Shown here piece by piece: positions 1 to 8,283 of a DNA stretch of 32,000 nucleotides. The notes beneath the pieces were generated by a model. That model ran no database searches. It was given only the letters and a program-made list of their open reading frames with translations, and had not been told where the DNA came from. Position 1 is the first letter of the stretch; each line of letters begins with the position of its first letter. Position numbers and translations under genes: made by a program. Source of the DNA: Polyangiaceae bacterium (GTDB lineage Bacteria; Myxococcota_A; Polyangia; Polyangiales; Polyangiaceae); NCBI GenBank assembly GCA_033763455.1, contig JANRKO010000033.1, forward strand, positions 230,002 to 262,001, given 5' to 3'.

Positions 1-1281
1 CTCGACAATCTTGCGGCTCAGCATCCGCGTGTGAAGGTCATGCATCGTACGGGTAAGCTCGGCGTCGGCAGTGCCCACATGGCCGGGATCCAATTTGCTT
101 ACGCTGAGGGGTATGAGAGGTTGATAACCCTTGATTGCGATTTTACGCATTCTCCAAGTCTGATCCCGGCTTTCCTGAAACGGTGTGACACCGCAGACAT
201 TGTCTTGGGTTCGCGGTATATGCAAAACGCCAGCTTGCCCGGGTGGTCTTTCTTTCGCAAAACACTAACTGTACTCGGGCACACGCTTACGAAAACCCTA
301 CTGGGCATTTCGGAGGATGCGACCGGTGCGTTCCGCGTGTACAATTTGGAGACGATTCCACGTGGCCTATTCGACCTGGTGCAATCCCGAGGTTATGCAT
401 TCTTCTTTGAGAGCCTGCTGGTCCTTTCCAGGAACGAGTGCAAAATTGCGGAGCTTCCGATTGCGTTGCCGGCTCGCACATATGGTAGCTCGAAAATGTC
501 GCTCACGGAGATACAGCGGAGCGTGCAGACCCTGGGCACCCTCTATTATGAGGATCTAACGAATCCCACTCGCTTTCTGGTAAAAACGCCTCAAGCAGCG
601 CTCACCCCCGGCCTTCTTGACCCACAAAACTGGAACGAATACTGGGACAAGAAGAGCGCAAAAAGTACCGCCGCTTACGACGTGATTGCGACATTCTATC
701 GCAACGCCGTCATTCGCCGCGGGCTCACCCGCGCCATCACTGCGGAATTTGCCCCCAATGCGGCACTCTTGCACGCGGGCTGCGGGAGCGGTCAGGTGGA
801 CGGGGATCTGCATCGGCACGCGAGAATCACGGCGATCGACATTTCCCCCTCAGCACTTAACCTGTACCGCCAAGCGAACCCGGGGGCAAAGGCAACGTAC
901 CACGCCAGCATCTTCGACTTGCCGTTTGAGAACGGCACCTTCGATGGCGCGTACAATCTTGGCGTGGTCGAGCACTTTACGCGTGACGAACTAGCGCGGG
1001 CATTCTCCGAGCTCCACCGCGTCATCAAGCCTGGCGGCAAGTTGGTAATCTTCTGGCCCCATGCTTACGCAACGAGCGTGATGGTGCTCGGCTCCGCGCA
1101 CTTTCTACTGAATGATGTCCTGCACCGGAATGTGCGTCTGCATCCCCCCGAGGTTTCACTCGTTCATTCGAGAGAAGAGGCCGCGGAGCTCCTCGCGCTC
1201 GGGGGATTCGAGCTCACCTCCTATAGATTCGGAGCGAGGGACTTGTTCGTGCAGGCCGTGGTTGTGGCAAAGCGGGTATAG
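1..1281 (+). CDS. GT2 glycosyltransferase (polyprenol/dolichol-phosphate mannosyltransferase-like) fused to a class I SAM-dependent methyltransferase; 5' partial
   Basis: ORF 31..1281 stays open in the same frame back to base 1 (LDNLAAQHPRVKV...), so the N-terminus lies upstream of the window. The N-half has DPM1/Ppm1-type GT2 motifs (ITLDCDFTHSP, VLGSRY, DATGAFRVY, GYAFFFE, YGSSKM). The C-half has SAM-MTase motif I (LHAGCGSGQ) plus FDGAYNLGVVEHF and IKPGGKLVIFWP. Confidence 0.7.
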   Translation, partial: LDNLAAQHPRVKVMHRTGKLGVGSAHMAGIQFAYAEGYERLITLDCDFTHSPSLIPAFLKRCDTADIVLGSRYMQNASLPGWSFFRKTLTVLGHTLTKTLLGISEDATGAFRVYNLETIPRGLFDLVQSRGYAFFFESLLVLSRNECKIAELPIALPARTYGSSKMSLTEIQRSVQTLGTLYYEDLTNPTRFLVKTPQAALTPGLLDPQNWNEYWDKKSAKSTAAYDVIATFYRNAVIRRGLTRAITAEFAPNAALLHAGCGSGQVDGDLHRHARITAIDISPSALNLYRQANPGAKATYHASIFDLPFENGTFDGAYNLGVVEHFTRDELARAFSELHRVIKPGGKLVIFWPHAYATSVMVLGSAHFLLNDVLHRNVRLHPPEVSLVHSREEAAELLALGGFELTSYRFGARDLFVQAVVVAKRV

Positions 1282-1397
1282 CTGTTCATACACCCGTGAG
1301 TGCCTTGGATTGCTCGGGCGACGCAGATACCGACTATCGCTCGCTGCACCCCCGACACTCGTTTTTCTGGCACGGCTCGACGTTAATCAGGAACGTC

Positions 1398-2267
1398 CTA
1401 AGTACGCTGCCAACGCTTGGGCGAACTGCCCATGATCGTTGTGAATTGTCGGTAGAAGTTACTCGGGCTCGCGAAACCTGCCGCCATGCCAGCTTCCAGT
1501 ACACCCATGCCCGCACTCAAGAGGCGCGCCGCGTGCTCCACACGTAAGCGTTGCTGATACTGCTTCGGCGAACATTGCAAGGCCCGCTGAAACGAGCGGC
1601 GCAGCGTTTCTGAGCTCATACCGCACACTCTGGCTAACTCTTCAACCGAGACATCTTCGGTGCTGCGCTGAGCCACAATATCGAGGGCTCGCGCGATGCG
1701 ATCAAGCGCCTGCCGACGCTCGGTATCCTGCGTAACGCGCCTGCCTGGTAAGCGCTGCAACTCTACCATGATAGGCCACATCAAGGCGCGCACGCCATCG
1801 CGCCAATCGGAGCGTTTTTCTAGCACTTCGGTGGCAAGATGCGACACTAACGAACTGAGGCGCGGCGCATCCGCCGGGTGCTGGCAATTCCTAAACTCAG
1901 GCCCAGCCAGTGGATAAGGATCCAACAGCTGTCGATTTCCACGCGGCGAACCCACGAGCTCTTGAGGATCAGAGAAACAGAAGAACCAACGGCTTGTAGT
2001 GCCTGGCTTGCTTTGCGCGAAATGGTGCTCATCAGGCCCCATAACTACGACATCACCGGGACCGAAGTGAAAGAGCTTGTCTTCCACAACAAAAACTCCC
2101 TCGCCTTGTAAGCAGTACCCAATCTCGAAAAAATCGTGCCGATGGAGGGCGTTGATCGGAGCATCTCGTTGTTCCCACTCGCCTGCCGCGCAGGGAAACT
2201 CCGCCGTAAGCCGGTGGGGTTCGTCGCGGACCCGCCGGGGCGTAGTAAGCAGGGTGGGATTCGGCAT
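1398..2267 (-). CDS. AraC/XylS-family transcriptional regulator with N-terminal cupin-like sensor domain
   Basis: N-terminal cupin/AraC-binding-like segment (HRHDFFEIGYCLQGEGVFVV). C-terminal tandem HTH typical of AraC (VEELARVCGMSSETLRRSFQ ... AAGFASPSNFYRQF). Transcribed divergently from the operon starting at 2514. Confidence 0.85.
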   Translation of the reverse strand: MPNPTLLTTPRRVRDEPHRLTAEFPCAAGEWEQRDAPINALHRHDFFEIGYCLQGEGVFVVEDKLFHFGPGDVVVMGPDEHHFAQSKPGTTSRWFFCFSDPQELVGSPRGNRQLLDPYPLAGPEFRNCQHPADAPRLSSLVSHLATEVLEKRSDWRDGVRALMWPIMVELQRLPGRRVTQDTERRQALDRIARALDIVAQRSTEDVSVEELARVCGMSSETLRRSFQRALQCSPKQYQQRLRVEHAARLLSAGMGVLEAGMAAGFASPSNFYRQFTTIMGSSPKRWQRT

Positions 2268-2513
2268 GATCTTTTTGGGGAACGAGGAAGAACTGCTAGA
2301 GCCTGAAGGCTATCTTAATCCACAAGCGACCAAGAGTGACGCCTTCTGACGCCACCAGGGCGCATTAGCTGTCAGGCATAAGTTTTACATTTCCGTGCGA
2401 AAACGCACCGAGAGCTCTCGGCGGCGAGTAACGGAGTGCGCCTTGCGCGCGCACCTACACCTACTGTTCGTTCTGGAACACCGCTTGGTCAACGCGGTGG
2501 GGAAGTTCACGTT

Positions 2514-4298
2514 ATGCAACTCCGGACTCAGAAACCTATATGGATTGGACTGGTACTCCTCGGCACCACAGGTTGCCAAGGCACCGCCCGAGCGCCAGCC
2601 GGAAATTCAGAGAGGGCTGCGGCGCCCATGGCCAGCACCAACCCGGATGGTACCCCGAAAGTTCCGGATACTGGCACCGGTGGGCAGGGCGGGACGATGA
2701 CGCCGCCTACCGCAACGGGCCCCGTCGTGCCTCCGCCGCCTAGTGTCTGCGCAACCGCGGCTCCAGAACCCGGCCCCTCCCCCCTGCGTCGCCTGACGCA
2801 CACCGAATACGACAACACCGTGCGCGACCTTTTGACCACCACAGCTACACCCGCGCGCACCTTCGTAGCCGAGGAGCGTTCGCTCGGTTTTGATAATGGC
2901 GCCACCGTACGCACCGTTAGCCAGCTATTGGCGGAACAATACGCGAATGCAGCACGCCAGCTGTCGCAAGCTGCTGGCACTAACCTGGCAGGCACTTTGG
3001 GTTGTGACCCAGCCGTAACCAGCGAAGACGCCTGCGCTTCCAGCTTTATCGATAGCTTTGGGCTCCGGAGTTATCGCCGCCCGTTGAGCGTGAACGAAAA
3101 GGCTCGCCTGAATGCCTTTTACCAAGCTTCCAAGGCTGAATACGGCTTCCCCGCCGCGGTTGAGATGCTGGTGCAGGCTTTGTTGCAAACGCCGCAATTC
3201 CTCTACCGCATGGAAGTTGCGGACACCACGGGGCCCGCCGTGGCCCAAGCGCCCGGCGTTGTGCAAGCGGGGCCCTACGAGTTGGCTTCGCGGCTTTCGT
3301 ACTTGTTCTGGCAGAGCATGCCAGATGCAACCTTGCTCGCCGCCGCGCAAACCGGCGAACTCGCGACACCCGCTCAGGTTGTTGCCCAAGCGCGGCGCTT
3401 ACTATTGGATCCGAGAGCAAAAAGCGCCGTCGTGAACTTTCACTCGCAATGGTTCGAGCTTGGCCCCGTCGATCACATCTCCAAAGACGCGACGGTGGTT
3501 TCGAATTTCACACCTGAGCTTGGCCCCCTCTTGCGGCAACAGGCGGAGGCCTTTGTAGCGTCCACGGTGTTTGACGGGGCGGGCACCTTGGGCGCCCTTC
3601 TGACCTCGCCCGCGGGCTTCGTGAACGACACCTTAGCCCCACTCTACGGCGTTGCGGCTCCCGGCTCGGCAACTCTTTCCCCCATCATGTTGCCCTCCAC
3701 AGAGCGCGCCGGCTTGCTTACCCAAGCCGCTTGGCTCGCGCTCAACGCCAAGCCTGATCAGAGCTCGCCCGTAAAACGCGGATATTTCGTGCGCAGCGAA
3801 TTGCTGTGCAACACGCCGCCACCGCCTCCGCCAGCACTCAATGTCATGGTCCCTGCTTTCGACCCCAACGTGAGCACCCGTCAACGTTTTGAGGCACACC
3901 GTACGGACCCAGCGTGTGCCAGCTGTCACCAATTGATGGACCCGATAGGTCTCGGGTTTGAACACTACGACGCTCTCGGAGGCTATCGAGTAGCCGAGGC
4001 CAACGCTCCGGTGGATGCCAAGGGAGAGCTGACGAATACCGACATCAATGGCGTATTCAACGGCGCCATCGAGCTTGGGCAGAAACTTTCCTCCAGCGCG
4101 CAGGTTCAGAACTGCGCCGTGAGTCACTGGTTTCACTTTGGGTTTGGCCGCGCGGAAACCCAGGCAGACGGCTGCACCTTGGGCAAAATGCAGGAAGCCT
4201 TTAGCAAAACCAACGGAGACATTCGAGAGCTGATGGTCACCATGAGCCAGAGCGACGCGTTTCTGTACCGGAGTGCCTCTCAAGGCGGCGCGCTGTGA
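2514..4298 (+). CDS. DUF1587/DUF1595/DUF1592/DUF1588/DUF1585-family exported lipoprotein with CxxCH motif (copy 1)
   Basis: The longest ORF begins at 2436, but the ATG at 2514 gives a signal peptide ending in a lipobox (LLGTTGC). The motif order matches this family: LRRLTHTEYDNTVRDLL, SYRRPLSVNE, LASRLSYLFWQSMPD, SSPVKRGYFV, and CASCHQLMDPIGLGFEHYD (CxxCH). Confidence 0.8.
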   Translation: MQLRTQKPIWIGLVLLGTTGCQGTARAPAGNSERAAAPMASTNPDGTPKVPDTGTGGQGGTMTPPTATGPVVPPPPSVCATAAPEPGPSPLRRLTHTEYDNTVRDLLTTTATPARTFVAEERSLGFDNGATVRTVSQLLAEQYANAARQLSQAAGTNLAGTLGCDPAVTSEDACASSFIDSFGLRSYRRPLSVNEKARLNAFYQASKAEYGFPAAVEMLVQALLQTPQFLYRMEVADTTGPAVAQAPGVVQAGPYELASRLSYLFWQSMPDATLLAAAQTGELATPAQVVAQARRLLLDPRAKSAVVNFHSQWFELGPVDHISKDATVVSNFTPELGPLLRQQAEAFVASTVFDGAGTLGALLTSPAGFVNDTLAPLYGVAAPGSATLSPIMLPSTERAGLLTQAAWLALNAKPDQSSPVKRGYFVRSELLCNTPPPPPPALNVMVPAFDPNVSTRQRFEAHRTDPACASCHQLMDPIGLGFEHYDALGGYRVAEANAPVDAKGELTNTDINGVFNGAIELGQKLSSSAQVQNCAVSHWFHFGFGRAETQADGCTLGKMQEAFSKTNGDIRELMVTMSQSDAFLYRSASQGGAL

Positions 4299-4384
4299 AA
4301 CACAACCACTTCTTATTGCTCCTCAAGTAGGCAGCGGGCCGCTCGCGCGCGCCACCAATTAACACGAAGAGCTAGGAGAAACCG

Positions 4385-5794
4385 ATGAATTTACCTCGAA
4401 AACTCGCTCGACGAAGATTCCTACGCGGTGCCGGCGGAATAGCCGTGGGCCTGCCCTTCCTTGAATCGTTTCTGCCAAGAAAGGCGAGCGCGCAATCGGC
4501 GAAGCCACGGCTTGTGATTGTGTACAGCCCGAATGGGTCGAACAACGTATCGGAATTCATGCTCACGGGGGGCGGCGCCAACTACACCTTTGGGCCCGAG
4601 ACGGCGCCGCTCACACCCTACAAGAACAAGCTCTTGGTGATTTCAGGGATCGAAATCAAGCACCCCACCGCTGGCGGGGATCAACACACCGTGGCCATCG
4701 CGAGCATGTTGACAGGCGTAAAGACCGGCTATGACGCCAAATTCGACGACGTTGCTACGTCGGTGGCTGGCGGCTGGGCAGGTGGCATTTCCGTGGATCA
4801 GGAGGTGGCTAAAACCATCGGAGCCACCACCAAGTACCAGTCACTTCAGTTTGGGGTGCAAACGAGTTATCGCTACGGCAACCACCCGATCGGGCGGCTC
4901 TCGTACGCCGCTGCAGGGCAACCTCTGCCACCCGAGGATGATCCGGCTGCCGCCTACGCACGGCTTTTCTCCAACGTGGGCGCACCAACCGCCCCCGGTG
5001 TGCTGGATGCCAATCTAAAGCGCGACAAGAGCGTGATGGATTTTGTGATCGCGGAATATGGCGCGGTGAGCGGCGCCGTTTCAGCCGAAGATAAGCTGCG
5101 GCTTGATCAGCACGTGAGCATGCTACGCGAGGTGGAACGGGGGCTCACCGTAACTCCAGTGAGCAACCTGGCTTCGTGCACGCAAACAAGCTTTGCCTCC
5201 GCAGGAGATCCGAGTGCAGTAAGCAACTTCCCCGCAATCGCTAAGCAGCAGCGGGACCTCATGGTGCTGGCTCTTTCTTGCGGCCTTACGCGGATTGCGT
5301 CCTTGCAATATTCGTACGGGCGCTCGCTGCAACCTTTCCCTTGGTTGAACCTGGCTTCGGACCATCATTCGATGTCGCACGGGGACGCCTTGGGCTCAGA
5401 CGGCACAAAAGAGATCAACATTTGGTACGCCAAGGAGCTTGCCGAGCTTCTAAAGAGCTTGGATGCGGTCAACGAGGGGTCGGCTACACTCCTCGATAAC
5501 TGCATCGGCTGGTGGTGCAGTGACGTTGCAGACGGCGGCGATCACTCTTGGCTGAACTTGCGCGCGATCTTGTTTGGATCGGCTGGCGGCCGCGTAAAAA
5601 CCGGCCAACTCGTCACGTACGGTCAACGCTCGGCGCCGGTTCCGGACCCCGATTCGGATCTCAACTACGGCTGGACCAACGGTCAAGCCACCAACGCGCT
5701 GCACGTGACGCTGCTGAACGCCATGGGAGTCCCTGCAACCACGTTTGGTGATCCGCAGGTCGGAAGCGGCCCACTGCCAGGCATCCTCGTATAG
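4385..5794 (+). CDS. DUF1552-family protein with twin-arginine (Tat) signal (copy 1)
   Basis: AGGAGA lies just upstream of the ATG. Twin-arginine signal RRRFLRGAGGIAVGLPFLE. DUF1552-like body including SDHHSMSHGD. It sits immediately downstream of a DUF1592-family gene, the usual pairing. Confidence 0.8.
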   Translation: MNLPRKLARRRFLRGAGGIAVGLPFLESFLPRKASAQSAKPRLVIVYSPNGSNNVSEFMLTGGGANYTFGPETAPLTPYKNKLLVISGIEIKHPTAGGDQHTVAIASMLTGVKTGYDAKFDDVATSVAGGWAGGISVDQEVAKTIGATTKYQSLQFGVQTSYRYGNHPIGRLSYAAAGQPLPPEDDPAAAYARLFSNVGAPTAPGVLDANLKRDKSVMDFVIAEYGAVSGAVSAEDKLRLDQHVSMLREVERGLTVTPVSNLASCTQTSFASAGDPSAVSNFPAIAKQQRDLMVLALSCGLTRIASLQYSYGRSLQPFPWLNLASDHHSMSHGDALGSDGTKEINIWYAKELAELLKSLDAVNEGSATLLDNCIGWWCSDVADGGDHSWLNLRAILFGSAGGRVKTGQLVTYGQRSAPVPDPDSDLNYGWTNGQATNALHVTLLNAMGVPATTFGDPQVGSGPLPGILV

Positions 5795-5796
5795 CC

Positions 5797-6777
5797 ATGA
5801 GCTACTCACGGACTCTCATTTTGGCAGTCAGCGCAGCGGTAGGCTCGGGGTGTTCATCCGGTGCGCCAGCGCGTACGGTGAACGGAGCTAGCACCACGTC
5901 AGGTGGCAGCACGAGCGGGCCGCACTCTGGAGGTAGCGCGTCCACAAGTGGTGGAGCGAGCCCTACCAGCGGCGGGTTGCCCTCCGTTAAGCCGCCCGCC
6001 TCGGGCGAAAGTGGCGGCGCCGTGAACATGGCATTTAGTGGAGGCGCTGCTTCCGGGGGCACCCCTGCCGTGCCGCCTACGGGAGCTGCCGGCGGTTCTT
6101 CGCCCACAAACCCAATGATACCTGCTGCCGGAAATTCTGGCCTAGGCGGAGAGCTCAATGGGCTGCGTTGGGAGGCTCTATGCCGCGAAAATCTGCCACC
6201 TGGGAGCGCGGCTTGCCCCAATGTACCGGCTGACGGCATGTGCCCCACGGATAAGGCAGACCCATCGGGCGACAGGCAAGGTTACTACAGCACCGATACA
6301 ACAGTGACATTTCCTGGAACACCCGGCGTTGTTTACAACGTAGGCATCCGCGTGCGCGGCGTCGTTGAATTTCGCGATTACCAGAATGGTCAGCATGACG
6401 GCGAGCATTTTTATGTGGGTGGTACCGCTCCAGATATTGTCCAGACCGCGGAGGGCTCCGAGGAAGTGCATCTGAACCTCTACAGCTTAGAAATTTCCGC
6501 GCCACACCAAATCTATTTCTTGAATCACGACGGTGGGCTCCCAACAGGCACCAACTCCCCTGTAGGTATCGTTGATCAAACCAAAACCATTCAAATTGAA
6601 GGCGGCGCCACCGTGCACGCCGTGGCCTTCGATCGCAACTGCAACGCCTACATGAATTGCGATAGCTACGACGGCGTATGCAAGCCTCTCCTCGTGCCGG
6701 GAGTAGCACCCTATCCGGCGGCTTTTAGCGGGCAATTCTTGCAGCTAGATGTAACTTCGGTGACCCCCAAAAATTGA
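5797..6777 (+). CDS. Hypothetical lipoprotein: Gly/Ser/Thr/Pro-rich linker plus Cys-containing C-terminal domain of unknown family
   Basis: It starts 2 nt after the preceding stop. Signal peptide with lipobox (AVGSGCSS), then about 110 aa of low-complexity SGG/TSG-rich sequence, then about 200 aa of globular Cys-containing sequence that I cannot place in any family. Confidence 0.6.
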   Translation: MSYSRTLILAVSAAVGSGCSSGAPARTVNGASTTSGGSTSGPHSGGSASTSGGASPTSGGLPSVKPPASGESGGAVNMAFSGGAASGGTPAVPPTGAAGGSSPTNPMIPAAGNSGLGGELNGLRWEALCRENLPPGSAACPNVPADGMCPTDKADPSGDRQGYYSTDTTVTFPGTPGVVYNVGIRVRGVVEFRDYQNGQHDGEHFYVGGTAPDIVQTAEGSEEVHLNLYSLEISAPHQIYFLNHDGGLPTGTNSPVGIVDQTKTIQIEGGATVHAVAFDRNCNAYMNCDSYDGVCKPLLVPGVAPYPAAFSGQFLQLDVTSVTPKN

Positions 6778-6810
6778 GGAAAGAAGCGCAGGGCTGAATT
6801 ATCGGGGAAC

Positions 6811-8274
6811 TCAAATGAGATCTGGAAGCGGCCCTTGCGACGCCACATTGGGCCCGCCTCTTCCCGTACCGAAGCTGCCCTGCGGGACCCCGAGCCCTTG
6901 GCCAATGGCCAAATAGAGATCCACCAGCGAGCGCCCTTCAGTGCCAGGGTAGCGAATGTAACGGCCATCCAGCTTCAGGCTACCGGCTCGACCTGCGACC
7001 ACTGCCGGCCAGCGATTGTGCGCTGAGTGGTGCGTTTCGCCGTTATCGCTTGAGATGAGCACGAACGCGTCTTTGACATTAGTATCGGCCAAGAGTGCGT
7101 CCAGCGTCTTTACGGCCATACTGCTCACCCAGTTGTAGGTGCGCGCTATCACAGGGCCGTTGGTAGCAGCCTGCTCGTGACCCACATTGGCCAGGCTTGT
7201 GCCAGGCGCATTTTCCACTTCAGACCCAACCAAGAGCTTGTGGAGATCGGGACCGAAATCGTGCGAATCCCCGCAGCCGATGTCCACCCCGAGCACGTTG
7301 GAAACGCCGCAAATCAGCGCAATGCTGGCCAAATTGTTCAAAGCTTCGAGAACTTCCACCGGATCATTCGCTTGCGTCAAAGACGGTTGCGCCGGAAGGT
7401 TGCAGCTTAGAACACGGGAGACGGTGAGCTGCTTTTCACGCGCTTCGATGGCTGCCAGATACCCCGATAGCTTGTCTTTTTCGGGTGCAGCAAAGTGTGC
7501 CTCAAGGCGCGTAATATCCGCCTTCAGCGTGTCAAAGATCAGGCGCTCACGCTTGCCAATGGCACGTGCCACAGCGCCTCCTCTGCCCCCCCCACCAGCA
7601 GGCGCCAAACCCGCAAACAGTGTTTTGAAGAGCTCCACTGGGCTCTGAAAAGCAGGAACAGATTTATTCGGCCCCTCGGCAAACAGATTGTCGACGAACG
7701 CGGCATCTTGCTTGCTTGAGATGCCGATATTGATCGATTTGCGCGGGGCATCTCGGCTGAGCGCATTGGCGAGATGTTGATCGAACGTGATGCCGCCTGG
7801 CACCAGGTGATCGAAATCTTGCCCCGGCACACAGCTGAGCGCCATGTAGCCACAGCCATGCCCGCGATCTTCACCGATGCGAGGATGGTTCTTCATTCCT
7901 TCGAGCAGCACCATTTGCTGGCGGTAGTTGCCGCCCGTGGCACCGCCGTAAAGTGCAGCTGTGCCCGCGAGTGGGGCGAAAGCAAGCGGAACCGTGAACT
8001 GCTGAGAGCTGACCTTTTCGCCCGCGGCTTCCGGCGGCTCTTGAGAATCAGCCGCAGGATCCTTGAATTCCGGAGGAGCGAAAACCCAATTGGGGTTGAT
8101 TCCGTTACACCCCATCCAGAACATGGCAACCTGCCGATTCACGGCTTGGCCTTGAGCTTCACGAATGAGATTTCTCGCTAAAGGCCCCAGCAGGCTAGCA
8201 CCTACGCCAAGCCCCATTTTCTCCACAAAAGAGCGGCGGCTGAAGGACACGGATTTGCGGCTGTGGGCCACCAT
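6811..8274 (-). CDS. DUF1552-family protein with Tat-like signal (copy 2)
   Basis: N-terminus SRRSFVEKMGLGVGASLLGPLA (twin-arginine type). DUF1552-like body (DNGETHHSAHN). A 9-nt gap separates it from the upstream DUF1592-family gene on the same strand. Confidence 0.8.
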   Translation of the reverse strand: MVAHSRKSVSFSRRSFVEKMGLGVGASLLGPLARNLIREAQGQAVNRQVAMFWMGCNGINPNWVFAPPEFKDPAADSQEPPEAAGEKVSSQQFTVPLAFAPLAGTAALYGGATGGNYRQQMVLLEGMKNHPRIGEDRGHGCGYMALSCVPGQDFDHLVPGGITFDQHLANALSRDAPRKSINIGISSKQDAAFVDNLFAEGPNKSVPAFQSPVELFKTLFAGLAPAGGGGRGGAVARAIGKRERLIFDTLKADITRLEAHFAAPEKDKLSGYLAAIEAREKQLTVSRVLSCNLPAQPSLTQANDPVEVLEALNNLASIALICGVSNVLGVDIGCGDSHDFGPDLHKLLVGSEVENAPGTSLANVGHEQAATNGPVIARTYNWVSSMAVKTLDALLADTNVKDAFVLISSDNGETHHSAHNRWPAVVAGRAGSLKLDGRYIRYPGTEGRSLVDLYLAIGQGLGVPQGSFGTGRGGPNVASQGPLPDLI

Positions 8275-8283
8275 GGTACCTCC

